A stretch of DNA of 64,000 nucleotides. It comes from Candidatus Poribacteria bacterium (lineage in GTDB: Bacteria > Poribacteria > WGA-4E > WGA-3G). The stretch spans positions 2,528,001 through 2,592,000 of the forward strand of contig OZ243938.1 in assembly GCA_965214095.1 (NCBI GenBank), in the 5' to 3' direction. Positions 10,725 through 21,503 of this stretch are shown here, piece by piece. A program made the translations under genes and the position numbers. The first letter of the stretch is position 1. Each line of letters opens with the position of its first letter. The notes below the pieces were generated by a model. It did not search any database and was not told where the DNA came from. It saw only the letters and a program-made list of their open reading frames with translations.

Positions 10725-10757
10725 CGTTAAGCAAAAAGATACAGAACGGAGGAAGAA

Positions 10758-11684
10758 GTGGCAAGAAAGAAAATTAGTGTAATTGGTGCAGGAAACGTCG
10801 GCGCGACAGCAGCATTCCTTATCGCACAGAAGCAGCTGGGTGATGTCGTCATGATTGACATCGTTGATGGCGTGCCGCAAGGTAAAGCACTGGATATGGC
10901 GGAAATGGGTCCGGTAGAACTGTTTGACGCTGCGATTAGTGGTGACCTTGATTATTCCGCAACCGCTAACTCAGATTTAGTGATTATCACATCGGGTTCT
11001 CCACGCAAACCGGGTATGACACGCGAAGACCTATTACAAACAAACGCGAATATCGTTGGGAGTGTCACAGAAAATGTGGTGAAGCATTCACCAAACACAA
11101 TCCTATTAATGCTCACTAACCCGCTTGACATCATGACATACCATGCGTGGAAGGTATCAGGATTTCCCTCACATCGCGTTGTAGGACAAGCAGGTGTGTT
11201 GGACTCAGCACGGTTCCGTTATTTCATTTCGTTAGAACTTGGGGTATCTGTAGAAGACATCCATGCACTCGTTCTTGGTGGACACGGTGATACGATGGTG
11301 CCATTACCACGTTATACTACTGTCAACGGTATTCCAATTCCACAGTTGATACCAGAAGATCGTATTGAAGCAATGGCACAACGCACACGTGATGGCGGTG
11401 CCGAGGTTGTCAACTTGCTCAAAACGAGTGGGTACTATGCTGCGGGAGCATCGTTAGCACAGATGGCAGAAGCGATTATTTTGGATAAGAAACGACTACT
11501 CCCATGTTCTGCACATCTTACAGGACAATACGGTATCAATGACCTCTATATCGGCGTTCCAATTAAATTAGGTGCGAATGGCATTGAAGAGATCCTTGAG
11601 ATCGAATTGACAGATGATGAATTGAATGCCTTGCAAACATCAGCAAATACTTATCGCGAGGGGATTGCGTTGTTGGAGTACTAA
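10758..11684 (+). CDS. mdh: Malate dehydrogenase (LDH-like)
   Basis: IGAGNVG, GSPRKPGMTREDL, TNPLD, LDSARF and LGGHGD. Confidence 0.95.
   Translation: MARKKISVIGAGNVGATAAFLIAQKQLGDVVMIDIVDGVPQGKALDMAEMGPVELFDAAISGDLDYSATANSDLVIITSGSPRKPGMTREDLLQTNANIVGSVTENVVKHSPNTILLMLTNPLDIMTYHAWKVSGFPSHRVVGQAGVLDSARFRYFISLELGVSVEDIHALVLGGHGDTMVPLPRYTTVNGIPIPQLIPEDRIEAMAQRTRDGGAEVVNLLKTSGYYAAGASLAQMAEAIILDKKRLLPCSAHLTGQYGINDLYIGVPIKLGANGIEEILEIELTDDELNALQTSANTYREGIALLEY
11649..11684 (+). repeat. 3' end of mdh, copy 1 of an imperfect 36-bp direct repeat
   Basis: ACTTATCGCGAGGGGATTGCGTTGTTGGAGTACTAA; 30/36 identical to 12377-12412. Confidence 0.75.
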
Positions 11685-11812
11685 GCAGTCTGACGCGCAT
11701 TCAGTAATTCAGGTAATCCCGTTGCTTGATACGAACTAATGGGATTTAGAAATCGAAAATATCTTGTTTCTTGTAATTATGTCATGCTATGATAATTGCA
11801 AGGAGGCAAAAC

Positions 11813-12025
11813 ATGGAACAAGTCTATACCGCTCAAATTCAACATCGTGGTGAATGGTGGATCGGATGGATACGCGAAATATCCGGTGTGAATTGTCAAG
11901 AAAGAACCCGAGAAGAATTGTTAGAAACACTGAAAATCACGTTGCGTGAAGCCTTAGAACTTGAAGCAGAAGAAGCTGCACAACAAATTGAAGATGAGTA
12001 TGAGTTGGTCAAGATCGCTGTATGA
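11813..12025 (+). CDS. hicB: HicB-family antitoxin (short form)
   Basis: AAGGAGG RBS; WWIGWIREISGVNCQERTREELLETL; ATGA overlap with hicA. Confidence 0.85.
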   Translation: MEQVYTAQIQHRGEWWIGWIREISGVNCQERTREELLETLKITLREALELEAEEAAQQIEDEYELVKIAV

Positions 12026-12207
12026 AACTTAGACAGTTGATTCGACATCTCAAGAAACACGGATGTTACTTGATTCGTGAAGGTAGTAAACATTCGTGGT
12101 GGGGTAATGCGGATACAGGTGCTCGTACTGCTGTTCCAAGACATACTGAAATTGACAATAGACTTGCTAAGAAAATCTGTAAAGATTTAGGCATTCCACG
12201 ACTATAA
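12022..12207 (+). CDS. hicA: HicA-family mRNA interferase toxin
   Basis: LIRHLKKHGCYLIREGSKHSWW...VPRHTEI...ICKDLGI, with the catalytic His retained. Confidence 0.9.
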   Translation: MKLRQLIRHLKKHGCYLIREGSKHSWWGNADTGARTAVPRHTEIDNRLAKKICKDLGIPRL

Positions 12208-12376
12208 TACAGATTTACAACGATATTGATTGACTAGTCGCACACTACTAAGAGGTCCAGGAAAAGATGCGACGGTCTGACAAATATAAATTCGCAGATT
12301 TACCAAGTAAAAATCTGAAATTCCCAGAATCTGTGGATTTTGAAGTTGATAATTGGTGTGGTTAGGTGCTTGGCAG

Positions 12377-12412
12377 ACTTATCGTAAACGGATTGCGTTG
12401 TTGGGTTACTAA
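12377..12412 (+). repeat. Degenerate duplicate of the mdh 3' end (copy 2)
   Basis: ACTTATCGTAAACGGATTGCGTTGTTGGGTTACTAA reads TYRKRIALLGY* versus mdh TYREGIALLEY*. Confidence 0.75.
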
Positions 12413-12430
12413 AGATTTTGATTAAGAGAT

Positions 12431-12475
12431 TGCCCCCGTACTTAGTTCCTATAAAAGGTTTCTAGTACGAGGGCA
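12431..12475. terminator. Hairpin between convergent units, probable terminator
   Basis: Imperfect inverted repeat TGCCCCCGTACTTAG...CTAGTACGAGGGCA immediately after the dnaK stop. Confidence 0.55.
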
Positions 12476-12490
12476 TTCTAATTTCCTGTC

Positions 12491-14410
12491 TTATTCCTTC
12501 TTCTCTTCATCTTCGTCAACAACTTCGTATTCAGCGTCAACGACATCCTCAGGTGGCGTATCTTCTGAAGGAACATCTTCAGGAGTAGCACCCTGTTCGG
12601 CATCGGCTGTCTGTTGATAAAGTTGCGCTGATGCCTCATGCCAAATCTGCATCAATTCATCTGTAGCAGATTTTATCTCCTCGTTGTTGTTTGTTTCAAG
12701 TGCCTGCTTGACCCGTTCAACACCTGCATTGACTTTTTCCTTCGTAGCATCATCCACCTTATCCCCAAATTCCTTCAGGTTTTTCTCAGTTTCATAGACT
12801 AAAGAGTCAGCACGGTTGCGAGTTTCAACTTCTTCCCGTTTCTGTTTATCCTCTTCCGCGTGTGATTCGGCATCTTTCACCATCTGATCAATTTCTGCAT
12901 CAGAGAGACCGGAGGAAGCAGTAATCGTGATTTTCTGCTCCTTACCTGTTGCCGTATCCTTAGCCGAGACATTCAGAATACCGTTGGCATCAATATCAAA
13001 GGTAACATCAATTTGCGGCATACCTCTGGGAGCGGGTGGAATATCGCTCAGACGGAATCGACCAATTGTTTTGTTATAAACTGCCTGCTCCCGTTCACCT
13101 TGAAGCACATGCACATCAACAGAAGTCTGGTTGTCTTCAGCAGTTGTGAACTTTTCAGATTTCTTTGTTGGAATGGTCGTATTCTTTTCTATCAACCGCG
13201 TAAAAATACCACCAAGTGTTTCAATACCAAGTGAAAGCGGGGTTACATCTAATAGAAGGATATCTTTTACTTCCTCATCACCAGCAAGCACACCACCCTG
13301 AATTGCTGCGCCTACAGCAACGACTTCATCAGGATTGACACCTTTATGCGGTTCTTTACCGAATAGTTGCTCCACTGCTTCTTGCACTTTCGGCATACGT
13401 GTCTGTCCACCTACAAGTATAACTTCGTCAATATCGGAGGGTTGCATCTCAGCATCAGCCAGTGCTTGTTTGCACGGTGTCAGAGAACGTTGAACTAACT
13501 CATCAGTGATTTGTTCAAGTTTCGCGCGTGTCAGTGTCAAATTGAGGTGCTTGGGACCACTTGCATCGCTTGTAATAAACGGCAGATTAATATCTGTTTG
13601 CGGCGTGCTGGAGAGTTCACATTTTGCTGTTTCTGCTGCCTCTTTAAGACGTTGGAGTGCCATCTGATCACCACGCAAGTCAATCCCTTGACTACTGAGA
13701 AACTCTTGTGCCATCCAATCAATAATCGTTTGGTCAAAATCATCACCACCGAGGTGAGTATCTCCGTTTGTGCTTTTCACTTCAAAAACACCATCACCGA
13801 TTTCCAAAATAGAAATATCAAACGTGCCACCACCAAGGTCGTAGACAGCGATTTTCTTGTCACCTTCATTTTGCAACCCATAAGCAAGTGAAGCAGCAGT
13901 CGGTTCGTTGATTATCCGTAACACTTCTAAACCGGCGATCTTACCGGAATCCGCTGTAGCTTGACGTTGGGAATCATTGAAGTAAGCAGGCACGGTGATA
14001 ACTGCTTGTGTAACTTCATTCCCAAGATATGCCTCCGCGGTTTCTTTCATTTTCCGCAGAACCATTGCTGAGATTTCTGGTGGAGAATACTCTTTACCAT
14101 CAATGTTAACAGCAACATCACCATCTTTATCACTTTTTAATTCATAAGGCACGCGGGAAGCATCATCCCCAAGTTCATTATATTTTCGTCCCATGAACCG
14201 TTTTATTGAAAAAATTGTATTTTCGGGATTTGTGATAGCTTGTCTTTTGGCTACTTGTCCGACCGGACGCTCACCCTCTTTCGTAAAACCGACAATTGAG
14301 GGAGTCGTCCGATTGCCTTCCGCGTTTTCAATAACCTTCGCATCGCCACTTTCTAAAACGGCAACGCATGAATTTGTCGTTCCTAAATCAATTCCAATTA
14401 CTTTACTCAT
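12491..14410 (-). CDS. dnaK: Chaperone DnaK (Hsp70)
   Basis: [25 protein letters not shown] and NPDEVVA; GGAG RBS before ATG 14410. Confidence 0.98.
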   Translation of the reverse strand: MSKVIGIDLGTTNSCVAVLESGDAKVIENAEGNRTTPSIVGFTKEGERPVGQVAKRQAITNPENTIFSIKRFMGRKYNELGDDASRVPYELKSDKDGDVAVNIDGKEYSPPEISAMVLRKMKETAEAYLGNEVTQAVITVPAYFNDSQRQATADSGKIAGLEVLRIINEPTAASLAYGLQNEGDKKIAVYDLGGGTFDISILEIGDGVFEVKSTNGDTHLGGDDFDQTIIDWMAQEFLSSQGIDLRGDQMALQRLKEAAETAKCELSSTPQTDINLPFITSDASGPKHLNLTLTRAKLEQITDELVQRSLTPCKQALADAEMQPSDIDEVILVGGQTRMPKVQEAVEQLFGKEPHKGVNPDEVVAVGAAIQGGVLAGDEEVKDILLLDVTPLSLGIETLGGIFTRLIEKNTTIPTKKSEKFTTAEDNQTSVDVHVLQGEREQAVYNKTIGRFRLSDIPPAPRGMPQIDVTFDIDANGILNVSAKDTATGKEQKITITASSGLSDAEIDQMVKDAESHAEEDKQKREEVETRNRADSLVYETEKNLKEFGDKVDDATKEKVNAGVERVKQALETNNNEEIKSATDELMQIWHEASAQLYQQTADAEQGATPEDVPSEDTPPEDVVDAEYEVVDEDEEKKE

Positions 14411-14467
14411 TATTGTCTCCATCAGTATAATAAATATATAGTTTGTATAATTTGATAAAATTATAAG

Positions 14468-14483
14468 TGCAATTTCTGTGCCA
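14468..14483 (-). promoter_or_regulatory. Sigma-54 (-24/-12) promoter upstream of dnaK
   Basis: Minus strand TGGCACAGAAATTGCA matches TGGCAC-N5-TTGC. Confidence 0.7.
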
Positions 14484-14569
14484 ACATTTATGCTAGCAAA
14501 TGAGGGTTAAGTTAGGGAAGTAAGTCAATATGGCAGTTTTAATCGTAATGATGATACAAAATATGTCTG

Positions 14570-15379
14570 TCAATATGACACATCTTGAATTTGATACTTC
14601 TGTTTAAGGCTGCCCCAAGTCGTTGGCAATTTATCGTCTGGGTCAACCGACAACAATCTATCAATACCTTTCTGAACCAATTGCACCTCTTTTTGGGTAA
14701 GTCCACGGTTGTAAATAGCAAACTCATCCATATCCCCGTTATAGTAACGATTCAAATTAGGTGGGTCTTCAGTGCCAAGCAGCAGATGGGCTTCAACAGG
14801 CACTAATTCACTTTTTTGTCGTGGATGGTCTATTAACACCTCACCATCAAGATAGACCGTCCACCATTCATTACTCTGAAAGGAAACAGCAACGTGTTGC
14901 CATTTATCCTTGACTATTCTGACTGGACTTCTCTCAGGCACCTGCCGTCCATTTGACAACTTCCATCCCATCCATATATATCCATCTGGATGGAGAAGCA
15001 CCTCAAAATATTCCTCTACATCCGGTCCCTTAGCTGCTATAAGTTGCCATTCACCAGGTCCTTTGACTAAGGTAGGTCGGATCCATGCACATACAGTTAT
15101 GCCTTCGGTAAATAGAAATTGATGGGAATGGAAAACCCGTACAATTCCGTTTTCTCCACCGAAATTAAGTCCTTTACCGTATTTACCATCGGTCCAACTC
15201 GTGTCTCCTTCTAATTTTCCTTCCTGTCCGTTTCCAGATAGATCTGTGACGGTTTCACCCTGTCCATCTTCAAAACCGAAATAAACCACTAAGCCTTCCA
15301 CTTCCGCCGCTACACAGTCAATTTGATAACTCGCTACCATACATAGTATTAAGAGAAAGAGAATGATAAGGTTTCGCAT
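14570..15379 (-). CDS. Secreted LamG/concanavalin A-like domain protein with C-terminal W-G tail
   Basis: Signal peptide; LVVYFGFEDG, GKYGKGLNF, WQHVAV and GDMDEFAIYNRGL; ends VDPDDKLPTTWGSLKQKYQIQDVSY. Confidence 0.85.
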   Translation of the reverse strand: MRNLIILFLLILCMVASYQIDCVAAEVEGLVVYFGFEDGQGETVTDLSGNGQEGKLEGDTSWTDGKYGKGLNFGGENGIVRVFHSHQFLFTEGITVCAWIRPTLVKGPGEWQLIAAKGPDVEEYFEVLLHPDGYIWMGWKLSNGRQVPERSPVRIVKDKWQHVAVSFQSNEWWTVYLDGEVLIDHPRQKSELVPVEAHLLLGTEDPPNLNRYYNGDMDEFAIYNRGLTQKEVQLVQKGIDRLLSVDPDDKLPTTWGSLKQKYQIQDVSY

Positions 15380-15470
15380 AAGTTGCTCCTGTGTTTAATC
15401 GGAACGATGGGTTGTATGATGTGGATACATTACATCTAACTACATTGTAAGGTGGGTCTCTGTGTCAGCC

Positions 15471-15609
15471 TTATAGTAAAACCATAATTATTTACATACT
15501 ACGGTAGGTTCGGTTTCCTAACCGAACCGGTGTTTGTTCAGTCTCATAGATGCGGTTAGGAAACCGCATCTACCGGGGAGTGTGCACGTATTTTTACATT
15601 TCACTATAA
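15471..15609. mobile_element. MITE-like element (TTATAGT...ACTATAA ends) carrying two inverted GTAG REP palindromes
   Basis: Terminal inverted repeats; internal GTAGGTTCGGTTTCCTAACCGAACC and ATGCGGTTAGGAAACCGCATCTAC; near-identical copy at 61169-61306. Confidence 0.75.
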
Positions 15610-15674
15610 TTTCCACCTATCAGACATAATAAGGCACAGAGATCCTACTCTACAAATGATTTATGAGTTACGAT

Positions 15675-16397
15675 CTAAGCAAATGGGAATGTGCCTTGGT
15701 ATCCGCGGGGTCTTGAAACATGCCATACACCATCATACATCGGTGTAACCTGATAATGGCAAACGACATTGCTCCGTTCCATATCGTCTCTTTCCTTTGC
15801 ACCTTGATGCGGCATGTGATTAATGAACACAACACAATCCCCTGCCTTCGGGTACAAGATTGCGTGTTCTTGTGATTCACACCATTCTTCAAATTTAGGA
15901 CGATCTAACGGATACAGATGCGGTGGTTCGTTGATATGACCACCCTTTACGAACTTAAGATGTCCATCGCCTGGACCGTTGTCTTGAAAATAGTAAGTAG
16001 TATTAATCCCCGCTGGTGCCATTGCAAACGGATGTTCTTCAACATACCGCTTTTCATGCCAATACCCGTAAAAGTCCATGTGCCATTCCTGTAGGTAAGG
16101 ACCTGGATTGATATGGGCACGCAAACTACGGAGTTGACACTGCTTACCCATCAGTCCTTCAAGATATGGTCGTACACTTGGATGTCCGACAAGTGGGGCA
16201 TAAGTATCAGGTTCACGATCAAGCAGGGAATCAAACCACATGTTGCCTACGGCGTTCAAACCTTCTTCCCAACCTTGTTCACGGGCATAATTCACTCGTT
16301 GACGTATATTTTCGGTTTCTTCCTGTGACAACGCACCTTCTATTAAGATATAACCGTCTTCCAATAGTTGTGCGACGTTAGCTTTATTATCTTCCAT
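15675..16397 (-). CDS. Phytanoyl-CoA dioxygenase (PhyH)-family 2OG-Fe(II) oxygenase
   Basis: DGYILIEGAL, WHMD (HxD), KAGDCVVF, PHQG and a distal Arg. Confidence 0.85.
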   Translation of the reverse strand: MEDNKANVAQLLEDGYILIEGALSQEETENIRQRVNYAREQGWEEGLNAVGNMWFDSLLDREPDTYAPLVGHPSVRPYLEGLMGKQCQLRSLRAHINPGPYLQEWHMDFYGYWHEKRYVEEHPFAMAPAGINTTYYFQDNGPGDGHLKFVKGGHINEPPHLYPLDRPKFEEWCESQEHAILYPKAGDCVVFINHMPHQGAKERDDMERSNVVCHYQVTPMYDGVWHVSRPRGYQGTFPFA

Positions 16398-16424
16398 GGT
16401 TCATCTCCTTTTGAAGATTCAGCG

Positions 16425-16568
16425 TTATACCATCTCCAATTGAACACTTCTCATTAACAAAATATGCATTCGTAGTCGCGCAATTCATTACGCCTCGGAC
16501 ATTTTACATTACACATTATATATGAAAATACAATTCGGGCAATATGTTTCATTAATTGTTTGGTATAA
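16425..16568. mobile_element. MITE-like element (TTATACCA...TGGTATAA ends) with internal GTAGTCGCGCAATTCATT REP
   Basis: 8-bp perfect terminal inverted repeat; related to the element at 60223-60356; followed by another REP (GGGGTTAGAAACCCCTCCTAC). Confidence 0.65.
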
Positions 16569-16639
16569 ATCGGGGTTAGAAACCCCTCCTACAAATAACA
16601 AGTAGCAACTTGGACTAAAAAAGTTTTCTTTAGCAAGTG

Positions 16640-18640
16640 TTATTCATTAAATTCCGATGCAACAAGAACAAGATCCTGAATGTTGACTTTACCATCACCA
16701 TTGACATCTGTAGCATATTCACCCATCTGACCAAAGTCTGCTGCAACCAACACCAAATCTTGAATGTTGACAACACCGTCCTCGTTGATATCTGCTATGT
16801 GTCTTTCTGGTTCAGTGGGTGTGGGTCCTATTCCCCACAAATAAAGAGTACCGTTCGCTCTGCCAATTGCGAGAGTCTGTCCATACGGACTGAATGACAA
16901 ACTCCTTATGCCATTATTATATCCCGTGAGTGTTCGTTTATGTTCAGTTGTTTCTGCATTCCACAAATAGATATCGCCATCCGATCCGCCGCTTACCAGC
17001 GTTTTCCCATCAGGACTGAACGTCACAGTGTCAACCTGACCCGTATGTCCTATGAGTAAGTTGTGGAATTTACCGGTCTTAACATCCCACAAACGGACAG
17101 TATCGTCCCAGCTTGCACTTGCAAGTGTCTGTCCATCCGGACTGAACGATACATTCCTAACCGAATCTGCATGACCTCTGAGTGTGTATTTCTCTTTCCC
17201 CGTATTTACATCTAACAAGTGGATTGTAGCACCTGGACGTGAAATTGCAAATTGCTGCAGATCTGGACTGAACGCGACAAAACCATGGAAACGGTTTCCA
17301 TGAAAACGACCAAGTTCGGTGAATGTGTGTTGGACAGCACCTGTTTTAACATCCCATAATAGGATAGTGCCATTCGCATCCAAAATTGCAACGAGTTGTT
17401 CATCCTGCTTGAACGATATTAATATTGCTCGATCATCTAACTCAAGAGTGTAGAGGATTTCACCCGTACTAATATCCAGCAAACGTACAGTGGAATCTGA
17501 TCCTGCAATAGCCACCGTCTGACCACCCGGACTGAAAGAAACCGTATTCCCCATGAGTGTATGTCGGATGTCGCCAGTTTTGATATTCCAAAGACTGATG
17601 ACACCTGAATTTACGCTTGCGAGAGTCTCTCCATCCGGACTGTACGACATCTCCCAGACGCTACTACTATGTCCAGTGAGCGTATTTCGGAGTTCACCTG
17701 TACTAACATCCCAAATACGGATAGCACTATTCTGAGGACTCACACCAGCCAACGACAACCCATCTGGACTAAACGATACACTACTGACACTATATATATC
17801 TCCTATGAGTATCTTTCGAGGCTGAAAAGTACTAACATCCCATATAACGACATTGTCGTTTAGATCTCCAGCTGCAAGTGTTTGTCCATCTGGACTGAAC
17901 GATATAGTAAAGATCCAATCCGAACCCGTGGTGATAGCGTTGTCAAGTTCACCTGTCTGAACGTCCCACATAAGAATGTTTTTGTCCAAACCACCACTGG
18001 CGAGTATTTGTCCATCCGGACTGAACGATACGCTATGGACACTCTTTGGATGTTTTGTGAGTTCGTGTTGGAGCTCACCGGTTTTTACATCCCACAGTTT
18101 CACAACAGCGTCCGACCCACCACTTGCGAGTGTTTGTCCATCTGGACTGAATAATACTGTTCTGACATTATTTTCTGGATGCGCTTCAAGTGTGTAGATA
18201 ATTTCATCTGTTCTAACATCCCATATATGAATCAAGCCATTTGAACTCGCAACGGCGACAATTTGTCCATTTGGACTGATTGATACATCTATCAAAACAG
18301 CATTTGTTTTCAGTTCAAGTGTGTTGTGGAGTTCACCGGTGCTAACATCCCATAAAAGAATAAGCTTGTAAGAATCCAAACAAACGAGTCTTTCTCCATC
18401 AGAACTGAACGCTATATCTGTTATGGCACGAGGATGCTCTATCAGGTCTGGGGGTTCGTCTGTCTGCGTAGGATAGAGCCAAACGCCAAGACCACCAGCA
18501 ACCGCTAAAATCTGTCCATCTGGTGAATATGCGACTTCGCTGGCACTACCTTTATTGAGACGTACAATTTCTTCTGCAAAACTATGCGTAAGAAAACTAA
18601 ATAAAACTATGAGTGTGAAGAAAACATGTTTGAATTGCAT
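16640..18640 (-). CDS. Secreted WD40-repeat protein with C-terminal dockerin type I domain
   Basis: Signal peptide from ATG 18640 (GGAGG RBS); about 14 FSPDG...WD repeats; ADINEDGVVNIQDL...DVNGDGKVNIQDL. Confidence 0.9.
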   Translation of the reverse strand: MQFKHVFFTLIVLFSFLTHSFAEEIVRLNKGSASEVAYSPDGQILAVAGGLGVWLYPTQTDEPPDLIEHPRAITDIAFSSDGERLVCLDSYKLILLWDVSTGELHNTLELKTNAVLIDVSISPNGQIVAVASSNGLIHIWDVRTDEIIYTLEAHPENNVRTVLFSPDGQTLASGGSDAVVKLWDVKTGELQHELTKHPKSVHSVSFSPDGQILASGGLDKNILMWDVQTGELDNAITTGSDWIFTISFSPDGQTLAAGDLNDNVVIWDVSTFQPRKILIGDIYSVSSVSFSPDGLSLAGVSPQNSAIRIWDVSTGELRNTLTGHSSSVWEMSYSPDGETLASVNSGVISLWNIKTGDIRHTLMGNTVSFSPGGQTVAIAGSDSTVRLLDISTGEILYTLELDDRAILISFKQDEQLVAILDANGTILLWDVKTGAVQHTFTELGRFHGNRFHGFVAFSPDLQQFAISRPGATIHLLDVNTGKEKYTLRGHADSVRNVSFSPDGQTLASASWDDTVRLWDVKTGKFHNLLIGHTGQVDTVTFSPDGKTLVSGGSDGDIYLWNAETTEHKRTLTGYNNGIRSLSFSPYGQTLAIGRANGTLYLWGIGPTPTEPERHIADINEDGVVNIQDLVLVAADFGQMGEYATDVNGDGKVNIQDLVLVASEFNE

Positions 18641-18860
18641 CTTAGATACCTCCTGAGAAATACCGTATATTGCTTCAAGTGGAATATACGACAGGACTTC
18701 TGTCCTAAATCTATTATGCGTTATAAATACTAACGGGTTATGTCCCAAACTTCAAAGTTCTCCCCACTTACCCTTCTAAAACAATTAGCGTGACATCCTC
18801 AATGAATGCCATCAGTACAACAACAGTCTAAAAGTCTTTGCGTAGTTGACTTACTACACA

Positions 18861-19583
18861 TTAACTAAGCGGTTCTAAAGGTTGTGAATGTCCAAAGACA
18901 GGTTTCGGTGCATCTCCAAGTGCTGCCCATCGCGCAGCATTCGCTATGACAAGCCGAACATTCTCATCGTAATAGATAGGATAGGTTTCATGACCTGGAC
19001 GGAAATAAAATATCTTTCCTCTACCACGATAGTAGCAACAACCACTCCTGAATACTTCACCACCGGGGAACCAACTAATAAAAACAAGCGTATCAGGTTC
19101 TGGCACGTCAAACGGTTCACCATACATTTCGGCATGTTCTATTTCAAAGTACTCGTCCAATCCTTCAACAATCGGGTGTCCATGTTCTATCACCCAGATA
19201 CGTTCCTTCTCTGCAGCCTCTCTCCATTTGAGACTACATGAAGTACCCATCAAGCGGATAAAAGGTTTGGAATAGTGTCCAGAGTGTAGCACAATAAGTC
19301 CCATTCCCTGTAGCACCCGTGCTTTCACCTTATCAGCAATTGCATCCTCAACAGCACCGTGTGCAGCGTGTCCCCACCATATCAGTACATCCGTTTTTTC
19401 CAGTACTGCGTCAGTTAAACCGTGTTCAGGTTCATCTAACGTAGCGGTTAACGTTTCAATGCCGTGTTCACTTAATCCATCGGCAATAGCGTTATGAATA
19501 CCTTTCGGATAAAGCTTTTTGATAGTTTCGTTCGTTTTTTCATGTCTAAATTCGTTCCAAACTGTAACTAAAGGTTGTGACAT
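18861..19583 (-). CDS. thuA: ThuA-like (trehalose utilisation) class I GAT-fold protein
   Basis: [31 protein letters not shown] and [10 protein letters not shown]. Confidence 0.88.
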   Translation of the reverse strand: MSQPLVTVWNEFRHEKTNETIKKLYPKGIHNAIADGLSEHGIETLTATLDEPEHGLTDAVLEKTDVLIWWGHAAHGAVEDAIADKVKARVLQGMGLIVLHSGHYSKPFIRLMGTSCSLKWREAAEKERIWVIEHGHPIVEGLDEYFEIEHAEMYGEPFDVPEPDTLVFISWFPGGEVFRSGCCYYRGRGKIFYFRPGHETYPIYYDENVRLVIANAARWAALGDAPKPVFGHSQPLEPLS

Positions 19584-19593
19584 AAGTTTCTCC

Positions 19594-20787
19594 TTAAAAT
19601 TCTATTTCTGTTTCCACTGCTTCATCATAATCAACACCCTCGACCTCAAATCCAAAGAGGTTCCGAAAACGTCGTCTGTAGCCAGCATAATCAGAGAGTT
19701 CATGGAAATTGTCAGTATTAATTTTATCCCACCTTTCAGTAACCGCATCGGTCACATCCTGCCGTAATTCTCTGTCATCCAAACGAATGTAACGATCATT
19801 ATCAAGCTGCGGTTTTAATCCAGGACCAAGATATTCAGAGAATAACCGCTGCATCTGTCCAATCGGTGCCTCATTGATACCTTCTGCATTCATAATATCA
19901 TATAATATACTGATATAAAGCGGGACAACAGGAATCGCTGCAGACGCTTGCGTAACAACCGCTTTGTTAACCGAAATATACGCATTACCACCGAATTGAT
20001 TTGCAAGTTGTTCATCAAGCGCGTCAACACGGGCTTTCAAATCATCTTTCGCCTTACCGATGGTGCCGTCTCGGTAAATGGACCAGGTTAATGCACTGCC
20101 GATATAGGTATACGCAACAACCTTTACTTCTGAGGCAAGCAATTCTGCATCTGCTAAAGCAGTAATCCACATCTCCAAGTCTTCGCCACCCATCACTGCA
20201 ATTGTATCGGCAATTTCTGTATCGTTTGCGGGTTCAATCGTTACTGGTACGACGATTTCGTTGTTTAGGTCAATTGTCTTTCCAGTATACGGTTCACCAA
20301 TAGGTTTTAGTTCAGAATTATGCGTTTCACCTGTGCGAGGATGGGTTCGGCGCGGGGCAGCGATGCTATACACAAGTATATCTACTTTACCAAAATTTGC
20401 TTTGAATTGTTCAATAGCTTCCTGCTTCACCTCATCAGAAAATGCATCTCCGTTGATGCTTTCAGCAGAAAAGCCATCTTGTTGTGCTTGTTGATGAAAG
20501 GCGACGGTATTGTAATAACCAGCAGATGCAGTACGTCGTTCATCTGCAGGACGTTCATAGAGAAGTCCTAACGTCTTCGCGCCGTATCCCCACGTCAATG
20601 CAATGCGAGAAGCGAGTCCATAACCCGTTGAAGCACCAACAACAAGCGCGTTCATACCGGTGTTTTTATGGGTAGTGTTCTCTTTTATTAATCCTATCTG
20701 GTTTTGAACATTCGATAGACACCCAGCAGGATGTGCATTCGTACAGATGAAACCACGAATCCGTGGTTTAACAATTTGAACTGCCAT
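19594..20787 (-). CDS. fabV: Enoyl-ACP / trans-2-enoyl-CoA reductase FabV
   Basis: [29 protein letters not shown]...[10 protein letters not shown] and [10 protein letters not shown]. Confidence 0.93.
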   Translation of the reverse strand: MAVQIVKPRIRGFICTNAHPAGCLSNVQNQIGLIKENTTHKNTGMNALVVGASTGYGLASRIALTWGYGAKTLGLLYERPADERRTASAGYYNTVAFHQQAQQDGFSAESINGDAFSDEVKQEAIEQFKANFGKVDILVYSIAAPRRTHPRTGETHNSELKPIGEPYTGKTIDLNNEIVVPVTIEPANDTEIADTIAVMGGEDLEMWITALADAELLASEVKVVAYTYIGSALTWSIYRDGTIGKAKDDLKARVDALDEQLANQFGGNAYISVNKAVVTQASAAIPVVPLYISILYDIMNAEGINEAPIGQMQRLFSEYLGPGLKPQLDNDRYIRLDDRELRQDVTDAVTERWDKINTDNFHELSDYAGYRRRFRNLFGFEVEGVDYDEAVETEIEF

Positions 20788-20808
20788 TATATCCTTCTTT
20801 ATTAAGGG

Positions 20809-21270
20809 TTAGTCCTCAATTTCTACGACCATCTCAACTTCAACAGGAATCCCGCCGGGTAATTGCACCATACCAACTGCGGAACGCGCATGTTTGCCTT
20901 TATCACCGAATACTTCTACAAGTAGATCTGATACACCATTGACAACAGCAGGTTGATCCGTGAAATCCGCTGATGAGTTGACAAAACCGACAACCTTCAC
21001 AACACGTTTAATCCGATCCAAATTGCCTAATGCATGTTTGAGTGTGCTTATCAGACCGAGTCCAACTTGACGCGCAGATTCATACCCTTCCTCAATGGTG
21101 GCATCTGTTCCGAGTTGACTTTGATATATTTTTCCCTCACCTGTGCCGGGTCCGTGCCCAGATGTAAAAATCAGATTTCCTGTTTGAACTGTGGTAACAT
21201 AATTGGCTACGGGTATAGCAGGCTCGGGTAATTCTATTCCCAATTCTTCAAGCCGTTTCTCTATTTTCAT
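20809..21270 (-). CDS. RidA/YjgF-family protein
   Basis: ANYV, VVKVVGFVNS, NGVSDLLVEVFG, HARSAVG and PVEVE. Confidence 0.88.
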   Translation of the reverse strand: MKIEKRLEELGIELPEPAIPVANYVTTVQTGNLIFTSGHGPGTGEGKIYQSQLGTDATIEEGYESARQVGLGLISTLKHALGNLDRIKRVVKVVGFVNSSADFTDQPAVVNGVSDLLVEVFGDKGKHARSAVGMVQLPGGIPVEVEMVVEIED

Positions 21271-21342
21271 GTAATATATATCTCCAAAATAGGTTCATAA
21301 ATTAATATTTTGCAAATAAGAACATTTGCAGCAGTTTGTATT

Positions 21343-21371
21343 ATTAAATAGGTTTTAAGTGATTTTGTCAA
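21343..21371 (-). promoter_or_regulatory. Sigma-70-type promoter for the ridA-like/fabV/thuA unit
   Basis: Minus strand TTGACA-17 nt-TTTAAT. Confidence 0.55.
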
Positions 21372-21480
21372 GGGAATTTGTTTCCCATCAGGGTTATTCA
21401 GTTTTCGATTTTTCTACTGTATTTCATTACAAACGTGAATTGATCTGAGATACGGTTTTGCTTGTAAATACGACATGGTA

Positions 21481-21503
21481 GTAGGCACGCTCCGCGTGCC
21501 GTC
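21481..21503 (+). repeat. GTAG-type REP palindrome
   Basis: GTAGGCACGCTCCGCGTGCCGTC; related copy near 61087 (GCAGGCACACTCCGTGTGCCGTC). Confidence 0.6.

Noticed and set aside
12210-12376. Short reading frame ending ...FEVDNWCG* inside the hicBA islet
   Set aside because: Too short, with no clear start or family motif to call
14423-14569. CIRCE/HrcA operator upstream of dnaK
   Set aside because: No TTAGCACTC-N9-GAGTGCTAA match was seen
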